Source: Phaeosaccion multiseriatum
Taxonomy: Eukaryota; Protista; Ochrophyta, other classes
Length of the DNA: 64,000 nucleotides
Direction of reading: 5' to 3'
Assembly (NCBI GenBank): GCA_965112735.1
Contig: OZ218959.1
Coordinates: 2,170,001-2,234,000 of the forward strand
The first letter of the stretch is position 1, and every line of letters starts with the position of its first letter. Under the pieces are notes generated by a model. It worked only from the letters and a program-made list of their open reading frames with translations. It had not been told where the DNA came from and did not search any database. Shown piece after piece: positions 1-13,331 of this stretch. The translations under genes were made by a program, and so were the position numbers.

Positions 1-298
1 GCATGTCTCTCATGTCTTGTTTCTTGTATCCATGCCGGTGTGCCGCTCTCTCCAGACACGTGCCCCCTGCCCTGTAAGGCCTGTACTAAACGTCACTCCC
101 TCAACACTCACCTTGATCGACTCTCTCAGTGCGTCCATTCTCGCCTTGGCCACAGCGCACTCACTGTCCGTTGCGTCCCCATACACTCCTGCGCTTATGG
201 GAGCTGCGAAGTGCGTCTCGAAGTCCGACCCTGCCCCCAGCCTCCCGGGGCACACGAAGTCGATGATGGAGTGGTACCTGAGGGAGAGGAAGCAGGTG

Positions 299-330
<32 letters not shown>

Positions 331-3316
331 TGTGAGTGTGAGTGTGCGTGTGTGCGAGCGTGGGTGTAAGTGCGTGGTAAGGGAGAGACGGGGTGGGTGA
401 AAGAGACAAGAGAGAGAGATACAGAAGGGGGGGAGAGAGAGGAGGAGTCTTGTCCTCTCTACTCGTTTCTCGCTCGCTCTCTTACTCCTCTCCTCTCCTC
501 TCCTCTCCTCTCCTCTCCTTGCGCCCAGACACAGCAAATGCGACGGCGACGGGTCCGTCACATCGATGGTAACTCTCCCTCCACTCACTCTCTGAGATTG
601 TTCTGCAGAGGGTATCCCGTCAGCACGAGACGGCTTAAGGTGCTCACCCCCCGGAGCAGCTGCGAGATGCCTGTCTCCTCGTTGCGGATGCGGTGCCCTT
701 CGTCGAGTACGACAAGGTCCGGCCCAGGCTCAAGCAGTGCTTCTCGACACAGGGCTCTGCCTTCCGTGTGCGTTGGGCCTGCCATGATGCGGAACATTCC
801 GTACCTGGTGTCAGGGCAGGACGGGAGAGGACGAGAAAACAAGAGATGGAGAGAGAGAAAAGAGAGAAGGGAGAGGGCGAGGATAGAGCGTTCAAGGAGA
901 GGTAGGGAGAGAGGGAGAGAGAGCATGAGAGGGATAAGAGAGAAGGACCAAGGGGCAAAGATGGTGGACAAGGAAAAACCGCATCAAGACGAGACTTACT
1001 CACTCCCCTCTCTCGGCATGCCCATCCACTCATCCCTCACTCACGTGGTCATGACCACCCCCCCGCTCTCGAGCCAAGACGCGCTCAGCGCTACTCGCTC
1101 ACTCTCGGACTTATCCGGAGTGAGCACGTAGAGAGGGGGCAGAAGCGAGGGGGGTACCCACTTTCGGAACTCCGATTCCCAATGGACGATCACCGCCTTT
1201 GGAAGAAGAATCAGGGCCCGGAACGGAGTTGTAGTGAGCCGCGGTGGGTCCCCTTCCTTCTCGTCCCCCTCCTCCACCTCCTCCTCCTCCTGCTGCTGCT
1301 GCTGCTGCTGCTGCCGCTGCTGGTGCTGTTGTCGTTGTCGTTGCAAGTAGAGCTCCTTCTCCTGTTGCTCAAGGGCGAGCTTGTTCTTCTGCCACAAGGC
1401 CAGCACAAGACTGACCACTTGAATGGTCTTACCCAGGCCCATCTCGTCGGCCAAGACGGCCCCTTGGGCAACACGCACGGCATACGACAGATGGCAGTGG
1501 AGGGGACATGGACATGGGCACGGAGAGAGAGAGGGACAGAAGAGAATGAGGGAGAGAGAGAGAACAGAAAGACTAAGAGAGAAAGACGGGGAGCGAGAGT
1601 GTAAGATAGAGAAATGTAGAGACAAGACGGAGGAGAAAAGAGAGAGACGAAGAGAAAGACAGAGAGAGAGACCGAGGAAAAGAGAGAGACTAAGACAGAA
1701 AGTTGGATAGAAAGAAAAGACAGAGGTAAAGAGAGAGCGATGTAGTGACGAAAGACGCATCCAAAGACAGGAATATGGACAGGACATTCACATAGAGAGA
1801 GATAAAAAACAGAGACGGAGACACAGACGCAGAGACGACGGCGACAAGAGACCAAAAGGCACCAAGATTGAGGGACAGAGGGGCAGGGAAAGGACAGGCC
1901 CAGGCACGCACCCTTTCCTTTCATGCCGATGCACTGCCACAGAAAGTGCACACCCTCTCTCTGATGCGGCTTGAGCCAGGCCGCCACTACTGGAGGGAGC
2001 ACACCCTCAAGGGTGTTGGAGTCTGCAGGAGCAGCAGCACCACCACCACCACCACCACCATTGCCACCACCACCACTGGCAGAAGAAGGCCGAGTCACGG
2101 CCGGAGTGAGCTTGCCGGTGCGGAGGTCCAACCCGCGAAGCTGCTTATCCACCACACAGGAGCGTAGATGGCACTTGAGGTGCAGGAGCATGGCGCTGGT
2201 GGAGGTGTGGAAGACGATCTGGCAGCCCGGACATGTGTAATCAGGGGCCGCCAGGGACTGGCACTGTCTCCCACCCGCGAAGTGTTGCCTCTGCTGCTGC
2301 AAGGTTGTTTGCTGGTGGTGGATGGAGAATCGCTCCAAGTGTCCACCACCTCCCCCTCCGCCTCCACCACCAGTACCAGTACCAGTACCAGTACCACCTC
2401 CACTGGTAGCGGTGCTGAGAGTGCCGGAGCCAGCGGGGGGGTCGAGGGGGGAGACCCTACCGCCGCCACCACTGCTCGTTCGAGTCATAATCGAGCCTGT
2501 GGCAGCATCAAAGAAGACCATTGGGGCAGCGGCGATTGGCATGTCACTAACGCTAGTGCTCCGCCTTCTCTTGCTGCTACTACTGCCGCTGCTGCTCCTT
2601 TTACCGCTACCATCTCGACACCCCTCCGCGAGGTTACCACCTCCACCAAAGTCTGTGTCGAGGCTCCACCCCTCGTCGCCCGGACCATCGAGCGTGTCCG
2701 GCACCTGCTGCTCGGCATGAGAATCAGAAGCTGCGTATTCCTCAGCCTTCACAGCCACCTTCCCTCTTTCTTCGTCTCCTTCGCTCCCTCGCCTTCCCCG
2801 AATTCCCAAGCCCGCCCGGCTGCTGCTGGTACTACTTCTGCTACTCCCGTTCCCGCCCCCACTGCCAGACCTTGCCCTCCCTCGCGTGGCCCTCCCAGAG
2901 CTCAATTGACGAGGGGGCAGAGGGGCGGGAGGAGCCAAGGACTCAGAAGTCGCACGTTCAGGCGGGGGAAGGGCGGCTGAAGCTGTGCTTTTACTGCTGC
3001 CGCCCCCTCCGCCGATCGTGGGTCCGAGTCCGAGTGTGAGCTGTCGCTGCTGCCGCTGCTCCTCCTCCTCGTCCTCCTCCTCCTCCTCCTCCTGCGGTTC
3101 CTGCTGATCTTCACCACTCCCGAGCAGCAGCCGCTTCTTCAAACCCCTAACCTCTTCCTGCAAAGCGGCATTGGCCTGTCCCGCGTCCCGAAGCTCCTGC
3201 CGCACCGCCTTGAGCTCGGCGTAGATTGCGTCGTTGAAGGCCTCTTGGCATTGCGCCAAACTGCCAAGCTCGTCACCCCGCTTCTCCCACTCCCTCCCTC
3301 TTTTCTTCCTGGCCAT
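1..3316 (-). CDS. SNF2-family chromatin-remodelling ATPase (ATRX/RAD54-like), 3' part runs off the window
   Basis: Spliced exons 3316-1912, 1462-1045, 804-589 and 277-112 join in frame at GT-AG sites. Motifs: LKPHQREGVHFLW (Q motif), LADEMGLGKT (Walker A), LVVLDEGHRIRN (DExH) and LTGYPLQNNLREY (motif III). A C2H2-like CPGC..HLKCH lies in the N-terminal part. Confidence 0.9.
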
Positions 3317-3638
3317 GTGTGCAATCCAGACACCTAATCAAGGAGGAAGGAGAGAGGAAGGAGGAAGGAGAGAAAGATGGCTACAGATCTGTGAGTGTGA
3401 ATTCCACCTCCTTCACTTTCAGTTTCAGTTTGAAGGGAAGAATGTTTGAGTTCGAGTTTTTTTCCCTTTTGCCGTTGATCATTTTCCTAAAAAAAATACC
3501 TTCCTCTCGTGAAAACGCGCAATCTCTTGCTTTCTATTCCGCAACCACCCCAAGACTACTGCTGCAATAGCTACCGACTGTTGGAGGAGGGGACGATATT
3601 TACTACATCTTGTCCTGATTAGAAGGAAGGAGCACGCA

Positions 3639-6600
3639 ATGTCGTGCCGATCCCTCTTCTCGAAGGACAGAGGGGGCAACGACGACTTTGAAGTCGCAGA
3701 TGATGAGTTGATGGGGCCGCAGTCACCGGGAGGAGCCACAGAGGAGAACATGTTCGCGAGCACTGGGGGAAGCAGCATGTTCTCCGGGAGTTTTGGAAGC
3801 GGGGGGGCGGGAGGAGGCGGAGGCCGCGAGGACACGGCAGCTGTTGGGGTCGATGGGGACCCCCGTGACAGCCTCCTTCGCACACAGACGGCCTTCATGG
3901 CATCGCACACGCATGATGACAAGCTCACAAGGCTGCAAGCACTCAAGACGGGCTATCTCATCAAGCGCCCCAGCATCCAAAAGAGGTGAGCCCGGGAAGA
4001 GCGATGGGTGATGGGGTGACCGTGCCTCGCCTTTGAGTCTCTTACTCTGGCCTTGCGGTCTCTTTCGTGGCACACATTCTGATCACTGTGCTGCTTTCAC
4101 TTCACCCCCCAACCCCCCCCCACCCCCCCCCCTTCAGTCGCTCCATCGCCAAGGCTGTGCCCAAGATCTTGGGGACGGCGGGCAAGCGCAAGTTCTTTGT
4201 GTTGCGAGGCAGCTCCCTCTCCTACTACCCCGATCACCACACCGTTGTGGGACAGACCGACGGCAGTTTGGAGTGGGAGGACACCGGCGGCAGTAGCGGC
4301 AGCAAGGGCGCCCAAAAGCAACCGGAAGTGGAGGTGAGCTTGGGTTGGTTGTACATAAGAACAATAATAAAGCAGGAGGAACAGGTCCTCTCTCTCCAAT
4401 GCCTGCCCGGCATTTTCTCATGCACTTTGTCTCTGAATTGTGGCCTTGTGGGTTTGCAGGTGCTCCTTACGGGCAACAGCGACGTACGGTTGTTCTACGA
4501 CCCTCCTCACGGTGAGTCAAGGCCCACGGGAACAGGGGAGTGAGGGCGAGTGGGGCGAAAAATGAAAAAAAAGAAAAAGAGCCAGGGGCGGAGTGAGCAC
4601 AAGACTCCGTGAAATATACACAATTTTCCTCAACACACCATCCCACCCTCCCATCCATCCATCTACCCCTACTCTCTCATCCTCCTCCTCCTCCTCCTCC
4701 CCCTCCTCCTCATCCCGGCAGCCACGTACGGCCTCTTTGTCAAGGGCGAAGACAAGAAGGGCGGGGGCCGGGTGCTGCAGCTCGTGGCGGCAGACGAAAC
4801 GGACCGACAGGAGTGGAAAGACGCCATCCTCATGGTCATTACACAAGTCAAGTTCACGACCCGCGGCTACCTCATGAAGAGAACCGCCTGTCTCGAGTTT
4901 ATGGACAGAGACGCCCGCCCGCAGCAGGGAGAGGAAAACCCCGGCAAGGGCACCAAGGCGGATCCGGCAAGCTCGTTGGCGGCCTTTGTGGGCCCGCCCT
5001 GCTCGCAGCAGGAGGGTCCCTTGTTGTGGCAGCAGTACTTCTTCATCCTCAGCAGGTGAGACGTGTGGGTGGGGTGGGTGTGATCAGCGCGAAGAGGCCA
5101 TGGGCCACCCTGCACCGGGATGGAGGGGATTGATGTGCCCTCCCTGTGTGAAAACTGTGGAAAGAATGATGGGCGATGACTCACGGAACATCTCATTCCC
5201 ATCTCTCTCTGTTCCGATGTCTCTCTCTGTGTGTATAATGTACCTATCTCTCTTTCTCCTGTCCCTCTCTCTCTCTCCGTCCCCCCTCTATCTCCCTCTC
5301 TCTCTCTCTCTCTCTCTTGGCCTGTAGGGAGCGCATCACGTTCCACACGAGTCAGTCCAAGGCCCTCATGGTGGAGGGGCTCTTTATGCTCACCAAGGAC
5401 ACCACGGTAAGAGAGGGAGGAGTAGACGACTGAGTGACAAGGGACGAAGATGAACGATCAGGCAGGGGGGCCCCGGAGGGCACAGGGGCAGTACGTTACC
5501 TCAAGCCAGGGTACGCATCTCACGTCGAGAGGGATGGGCGCATGCCAGTCAGGTCACAGCGCATCGATATGCTCCGAGTCCCTAACTAGACTCTGCCCTA
5601 TCTGTATCACCAACTGCTACAGGTGACCAAGTACCCTCACCACGTGCTGCTGGTGAGCCACCCGCCGCCGGAAGAGCTGGGGGAGGAGGACAAGGAGAAC
5701 GGAGGAGACGAGCACCACTCGGAGGAAGAGGAGGAGGAGGACGAGATGCAGGTGGAGAGGGACGACACGGTTTCCGAGATCGTGTTGCAGGCTCGCGACG
5801 CTCGCGACTGCGATCGCTGGAGCTGTGCCATTGAGGCAATGGTGTGCTCCTTGGCCAATGAGCCAACACCTTCGTCGTCGTCATCTGCTGCGATGATGCC
5901 GCTGTCCGATGTCGTCGTGGCCTCAGCAGGGCAAGTGCCCGAGTGGGAGCGCGTGAAGGGGAATGTCAAGGGAGACCTTGCCCGCTTGGACAAGGCGAAC
6001 GAAGGAAGCAGGGGCAAGGAGAACGCTCGATTGCCTGCTGGTGCTCGTGGTGTGGTCTCTCCATTGACGAGCCCTCGCCCAGGGTGTCAGCGTCTGGGGG
6101 ACATGTACCTGCCCATTGGCATGGAGGGGGGTGCAGCAGTTGGTGATACGGCGGGAGAAGGAGTGGAGCGTACGAGCGGACCGACGAGCCCACGCTCCGC
6201 CGCAGCGCTGTCTGCTGCCATCTGGCTGCCCGTTCCAGGTTCGTTTCTCTCTCTCTCCTCTCTCACTCACTCACTTTCGCGTTGTCTCTCCGCTTGTGAG
6301 TCTCGGTTCAATTCCGCATTGAGCCAATCTTTTTCTCCCTCACCCTCCCACTCCCTCTCTCTTTGTCTCTCGCCCCCCGACCCCCTCTCCCTCTCTGTCC
6401 ATCAGCCGGCGAGGTGCGAAGGAAGGAAGGCTACCTCAACACTCGACCGGCCATCGAGGACGTGAGCGAGATCTGGCACCCTAACTACTTCATCCTCACA
6501 GACAAAGCCATGCATCGCTTCCCGGATCACCACTTCCTGCAGGCCACTAGTCGCCTGCGTCTCACCCCGCAGAGTGCCGTGTTCGAAACCGACCTGCAGC

Positions 6601-6724
6601 CCTTCAGCTTCGAGCTCGTCACCGCCGACAAGCTGCTGCACGTGCAGGTGAGGGCCGGGATGGAGAGCGTTACAGAACAACAGGGGGGGGGCGAGGACCA
6701 AGGACCGGGACTTGACACCATGTA

Positions 6725-6760
<36 letters not shown>

Positions 6761-9700
6761 CCTCTCTCCTCTCCCCCCCAGGGCAAGAGCTACGAGGAGG
6801 CTCTGTCGTGGCTGTGCGCCATCAAGGACGCCATCGGGGAGAGTACCGCCGACACGGGCAACTTGCTGCTCAGAGAAGCCATGCGCTTGCCCGATCAGTT
6901 CTACATGGCATCATTCGAGACCAAGAGAGACCTAGTGAGTCAGGCCGGCAGTGTTTGTGTGTGTGTGTGTGTGTGTGAGTGTGTGTGTGATACACGGAGC
7001 GAGGAAGTGACTGACCTCCTGCTGCGTCCTGCAACCCCCCTCTCCCCTCCTCCTCCTCCTCCTCCTCCTGCCCCTCACCCTCCGCCTTCTTCTGCAACCC
7101 CCCCCCCCCACTTGCTTGCCACATCACTCACAGGGCATCGTTCTGGAGCGCTCTCAGGAGTGGACTCTCGTGAAGAGCACTGACAGAACGCAAAGCAACG
7201 TCACTGCGGGATCCGCACTCGCCGCCATCGACGGAAGGTAAGGAGACAGGCAGGGGAGAGGGGAGGGAGGGAGGGAGGGAAGTGCTTCGAACAGATCGAC
7301 ATGCCATCACCACAAGAGCCCCCCCCCCCCCCGGGGGCTCTCTCTCTCGCCCCTTTCCTTCTTCTTGTCTTCCTTCTCTTATCACCTCCCCTCCCTTTCC
7401 TCTTGGGCATGGAGCAGGTCTGTGGTGCTCAACTCGTACGCCGAGACCATCAACCTGCTCAAGGGCTGGCAGCCGCCCCTCAACTTGCTCCTCAGGAGAG
7501 CGCCGGAGAAGATGGGGTACATCAACAAGCAGGTCTGTACAGCGTACCAATGCAGGGCAGAACGGGAGGAACTGCCTTTTTGAGCGATCTTCGAAGGCGC
7601 ACTTTGCTCCTTTACTCTCACTCTTTCTCTGTCTCTCTCTCTCGCTCTCGCTCACTCTCTTTCTCTCAGCTGACCCCAACCCCAAAAACCAACCCTCTGA
7701 TACACACCGTTATATATGTACATGTGCATTATATATACATGTAATGTACGTACGCATACATACTAATCCGAATACAATGCTTTCAATGCCCCTCTCCCTC
7801 CCTCCCTCCCTCCTATCAGTGTCTGTGTCGTAATCGTAGCGCCAAGAGGTGGAGGCAGTTCTACTTCGTGCTGGCGGAGGGCAAGCTGAGCTGGTTCACC
7901 GCAGAGTCCACCCCGATGCGGCTCCAGGGTTCTGTGTCCATGCGAGGCTCGGCCACTAGCCTTACGCCTAGGAACCAGGCGGGAGGACAGCTGCATTGCT
8001 TCACCGTGGAGTCCGGCCTCACCACGCTGCTGCTGCAGGTGACAGGGAGAGAAAGAAGGAGGGAGGGAGAGAAGAGCGAGAGAGAGAGAGAGGGGGGGGG
8101 GGGGGACCTACGTGGGGGAAGAGGGGAGGGCTTTGATGGTGTGGTTGGGGGGGAGTGTAGAGAGACCCAACTGTGCGTACATGGTAAATGTTACAGTTAC
8201 AGTTACAGACCAGAGGGGCTTTGCCCTGCCGCCCCTTCCGCCAGCGGGTGCAGGGGTCAGTCCTTTCCTGTGCAATCAGTCTCTAACGAAGCCCCCTCTT
8301 CCTCCCTCCCTCCCTCTCTTCCCTCGCTCCCTCCCCTCTCCTCCTGCCCTCTTTGTGCATGGCGCCTGTTCCACACGAACAGGGTATGACTTCCCCGGAC
8401 ATGCTGGACTGGGCCACCCACATCTATCTTGGAGGAGCCATTGCCAACGGAGGAGGCTTTCTTCTGGACGTGGAGAGGGCTCGAGAGCAGGCCTACGCAG
8501 ACGAGCTGGCCGAGCAGCAGCGCCAGGAGTTGGCGTTACAGAAGGAGGAGGAGGAGTTGGAGGCGCTGAAGCAGCAGCAGGAGGCAGCGAGGGCGGCGGC
8601 GATGGCCTTGGAGGAGCAGGAGATGGTGATTCAACAGCGTGTGCGCGTGCGTGTGGAACAGGAGCAAGAGCAGCAAGGGGAAGGGAAGCAAGGAAAGCCG
8701 CCGCAGCAGGAGGTCGACGTGGAGGAGGAGGAGGAGGAGAAGGCGAGGGCGCTTGTGATGAGGCAAGAGGAGGCAGATCGCGTCAAGAGGCAGCAGATGC
8801 AGGAGACGGAGGCGGCGCTCTTGAAGCAGCAGGGCACGTTGATCATGCAGCAGGCCGCGCTTATCAAACTGCAGCAGGAGGAAACGGATCGCGTCAAGCA
8901 AAAGCTGGAGGAGACTGATCGTGTCAAGCAACAGCTGGAGGAAGAGACCGATCGTATCAAGAAGGAGCAGGAGGAGGCCGACCGTGTCAAGAAGGGGGCG
9001 GGCAACGGAGTTGCCGTAGTCAGCGCTGCGGGCATCGGAGCTGCCTTTGCCAGTGCTGCGGGCACCGGAGCTGACGTGGTCAGCGCTGCGGGCAACGGCC
9101 TGGTCAGCGCTGCGGGCAACGGAGCTGCCGTGGTCGGCGCTGCGGGCACCGGAGCTGCCTTGGCGTTGGCGGCAGCGGTGACCGCGGGAGGCATGCTGGC
9201 GACGGCGGGGAAGAACCAACAGGAGCAGGACCCGCAGCAAGAGCAACAGCAGCAGAGCGTCCAGAGCGGGCCCGTAGAGACCGTTGTGGCGCGAGACACG
9301 AACACCGCCACTGAAGGACCCGCAGAGCTCAGCCTTGTGGACATTGTCGAGTTCGAATCCTCGTCTTCGTCTTCTTCTTCCACGCCACTGGGGACTCTGG
9401 ACAAGAGCAGTATGATGGAAATGAAGCGCGCCGGACAGGCTGCTGCTGCTGCTGCTGCTGGGGGCGGAGGCCGTGCGGGACGGCGCCTGGAGGGGGGCGG
9501 ATGGAACGAGGCGATGCTCAATGCATCCACGAGTGCCGTCGTGAACGGAGGAAAGGCGGAGTCGGACGTTTTGGACCAAGGTGCCCGAGTTGGTGCTTCG
9601 GACAGCGCCCGCGTGGAGGGCGATAGTGTTCGTCGTCGTCGTGATGATGATGCTGCTACGGCGTTTGTCCTCGGTCTTTGCGATACTCTGGCGAGTGTCG

Positions 9701-9942
9701 ATACCGTAGGTACCTATGGAGGAGATCTCCTTGATGTGGAGGAGGAGGGGGAGAGCGAGGAGGGGGAGGAGGAGGAAGAAGTGGAGGTGGTGGAAGTGGT
9801 GGAGGAAGTGGACTTGGCGGTGGTGGTGGGGAAGGCAGCTTCGGCAGCAGACAAGTACCCCTCCTCCTCTCTTCCAGCACCCCCCGCGGTGGTGATGACC
9901 ACCGAGGAGAAGCCTCTGCAACAGGAGAAGGACGCGGGAGAC

Positions 9943-9974
<32 letters not shown>

Positions 9975-12036
9975 CAACACCAGCATGGACAAGAAGGGCA
10001 ACACAGTGGTGGAGCTGAAGGTGGAGGAGGAGGACAAGGAGAAGGATGAGGCAGCAGACGAGAACGAGCGCCCTTCTGCTCTCCCGGCAGCTGGTGCAGC
10101 GCTGTCTCCCAGCACCATGGCCGCCCCCCCCACGCCGCTGTCCACTCGACTGGCTGGAGGAGGAGAGTCAACGTCCTTTGCGGCCCTCGACAGCGGAGTG
10201 ACGGTGGTGGAGGGAGGGGAGCCTTCCAACGCTCACTTCTTTGCAGACACTCCCAGAGAGCAGGCTGCACGAACATCGACATCCAATGTCGACAACAGCA
10301 GTAACAGCAGCAGCAACAACGACGCCTCCTCTACCCCCGTAGCGGCGCCTCGCGATTCATCCCCCGCCCACAAGGCGAGGGGCTTCAACAACAAGCGGGC
10401 GTCGGATCTCATTCGCTTCTCCTCTTCGTCATCCACGTCGTCGTCATCTGACAAGCCTCAGCAGCTAGGGCAGGCGCGGCAGTCCTTCTCTTCGTCCTGG
10501 TCCAAGCTTCCCCGGGGGCCTCTCACGAGGGCGAGCCTGAGTATGTCAGAGAACCCCAGCGTGGCCGAGCTGCTGGCCAAGCTGTCCGTTGAGAATTTGA
10601 CCGATTGGCAGGCCTTCGAGGAGGAGCAGAGGGTCGCTCGAGCTGCCAAGCTTCGACTCATGGGCCTGGGCGGCAGCTCACAGGGTGGCGTCGGCGACGG
10701 CAAGACGCTGGATGAGCAACTCGAGGAGATGCGCAGGAGGGACTCTGCGGTGTCGAGGGTGCAGGTGGCGGCGGCGAGGTTCAGCAACGATGAGTGGACG
10801 CCCACCAAAAACCTTCACCGCATGTCGAGCTTCTCCAAGTTTGGCAAGGCAGGAGGGAGCATGGGCATCGGCCCCATTGGCAGCAGGAAGAACAGCAGCA
10901 GCAGCAGCAGTAGCGACGAGATGCGCTGGAGGAACAGCGCTGTCTCCAGAGTGAAGGCCGCAGCGGCGAGGTACAACAGTAACAACGAGCAGGACGAAGA
11001 GTGGACGCCCACCAAGAATCGAATGTCCGGCCTGTCCAAGTTCAGCAAGGAAGGAAGCATCGGCAGCAACAGGAGGAGTAGCGACGAGATGAGGTGGAAG
11101 AACGCTGCAGTGGCGAGGGTAAAGAGCGCTGCTGCGGCTTCGCCCTCCAAGAGTGAGGTGGTCAGTCTCTCCAAGTACTCCAGAGGAGGAAGCATCGGCA
11201 GCAACAGGAGGAGCAGCACCGCCTCCACCGTCGTCGCCAGCGGAGGAGGGGGTGGGCGCGTGAGTGAGGGAGCAGCACCTGCTGGTGATGGTGCGGGTGC
11301 AGGTGCTCCTCCTCGCAGGGAGCGCAAGAGCTCCATCGGAGAGATTATCGAGGAGCAGCGCCAGCAGCTCATGCAGCTGCTCAGCAAGGCCGACGCTGCC
11401 GCTGGATCCCTCATTGGCAGTGGTGCTACCGCGAAGTCGTTCAACGGAAACGCGCCGGTGGTGCTCGGCGCGGATTTTGTGTTGGAGGAAGACACAGACT
11501 CTACCGACGAAGAGGGGGAGGAGGATGGTGTGGGTGGTGGAGATGTGACCGTAACCGACGAGCAGGAGCTGGCAGAGACAATCCCCGACTCGACTCTGTC
11601 TCTTCCACTGTCAGCAGAGGAGGGGCAAGAAGCGAGGGGTGGGGCCATTCACCTCAGTGACGAGGTCCTGAGCAGTGCGTTTGCCTCGCTTGACCTGTCC
11701 AATCAGACGCAAATGATCAACGCGAAACAGTTCGCCGCGCTGTGGAGGGCACTGACGGGAGAGCAAAACCTGTTCAGGGAGATGTCTGTCTTTGCTGCCT
11801 TCAACAAGAGCGGTGATGGCAGCCTCACGCAAGATGAGTTTGTGGCAGGTTTCCGAGTCCTGGAGAAGCAGCAGGTGGTCCTCCCGGCCATCGGAGAGGT
11901 GGGGGTGGGGGGAGGAGGAGCGAGTGGGGAGGAGGAGGCAAACAGCGCCGCACCGGGGGGGGGGAGGGCCCAGCCGTACAGGAGCATTCTGACGAAGCTG
12001 CAGAGCTGGACGGAGGCGCAGACCGTGTCTGTGTAA
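3639..12036 (+). CDS. Large multi-PH-domain protein with a PDZ-like segment, coiled coil, low-complexity tail and C-terminal EF-hand
   Basis: Approximate exons: 3639-3985, 4138-4333, 4460-4511, 4722-5055, 5329-5406, 5623-6238, 6406-6647, 6783-6933, 7134-7236, 7419-7531, 7839-8038 and 8383-12036. Repeated PH signatures occur (KTGYLIKR..RKFFVL..LSYY..QEWKDAI; TRGYLMKR; KEGYLNTR..WHPNYFIL; KMGYINKQ..WRQFYFVL..LSWF). EF-hand loop NKSGDGSLTQDEF is near the C-terminus. Confidence 0.8.
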
Positions 12037-13331
12037 GCAGAGATGGAGGAGGGGTTGCTGGGGAGGCGGCCGAGAAGGAGGGGGGGGGAGGGGAGGGGGG
12101 AGCGTGTGGGCAGAGGTGAAGTTAGTAGGGGATTGGGTGGGAGGATGATGTGTACGTGTGTGTGTGTGTGTGTGTGTAGGCGGGCGGGCGGCTCAGAAGA
12201 GCAGCGGCGAAGTTGACACAAGAGAGAGTCAGGGAAAAGAGGGGAGGGAGGGGTAGACAAGGAGGCGGCGTGTACAATACAACACCGCGTGTTTTTTATT
12301 CGCGATGCACGCGCCCTAAGCGTAAAGCAAAGCTTAGTGTAAAGCAAAGCTGAGTGTCGAGCGGGCCCGGTGGTCGGAGAGCTGTACGATACAAGTACGT
12401 TGTATGTACGATGCGTAGAATGACGAGAGATACATGACCGTCACCCTCAAGATGCAATTATGACATCAGCAAATTCCATTTGCTTGTTTTTTATAAAAGA
12501 TAAAAGATTACAATTAAAAGAATCAGCCGAGAGGAGACGTGGGTATAACAGCATGGCTGCATGCGGTGTGTACACGGAGAGAAAAGCCCATCCTCAGTCG
12601 TGCTTCACCGCAGCTCGCTCGCACCTCCACAAGCCGATCGATGCGTTTCATGCGTTTCATGCGTTTCAGCAGGTCAGTAGGGAGGGTCTGCACGATGTTC
12701 AGCAGGCCAGTGGACGATCGAGATAGTTTTCAGTAGCGGGTCGTAGCGGAGGGTCGTGAGGGTGTACACGCATTCCACATCGCCACACGCAATGTGTATC
12801 GACCCTCCCCCCCCCTCCCACACTCATTCCCACCCTCCACTGCCATCCTACACTCATTTCTACCCTCCACTGACTTGCCAGAGACGGCACGTGCCTCCGT
12901 GGCGGACGGGCAGTGGGTGTATGGAGTATGTCCACACTTGACATCTGCAGCGACGAGAGAAGCCCCCGCACCACTTAACCCGTGCCCATCAGATCAAAGG
13001 GCGGGAGTGTGTTTGCCTTCGCCCTTTGCCTCTACGAGCTGTCTTTCTCTTGCCGTCGCCTCCCGCCCTCCCAACGTGTCGTCAAAATCTCAGCAAAAAC
13101 ACCGCTCTGAAGCGCGCCCGCCCAGCAAGCCAACACTCAGTGTTTCGTCTCTCCACAATCAGACGTCAGAGCAGCGCTATCTCTTTGCGTCATATCAAAG
13201 TCCTCCCCGGACCCCCCAAGGCCTCTTGAAAATACTCTCCATCCACTCCATCACCATCACCGCGTATCCTCACTCTCTCTTGCCCTTGCCCTTGCCCTTT
13301 CCCTCCCTCACCCAAACTCTCCATTACCCCA

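Noticed and set aside
12200-13300. ORFs and short repeats between the PH-domain and FNIP genes
   Set aside because: There are no recognisable domains, transposase motifs or terminal repeats.
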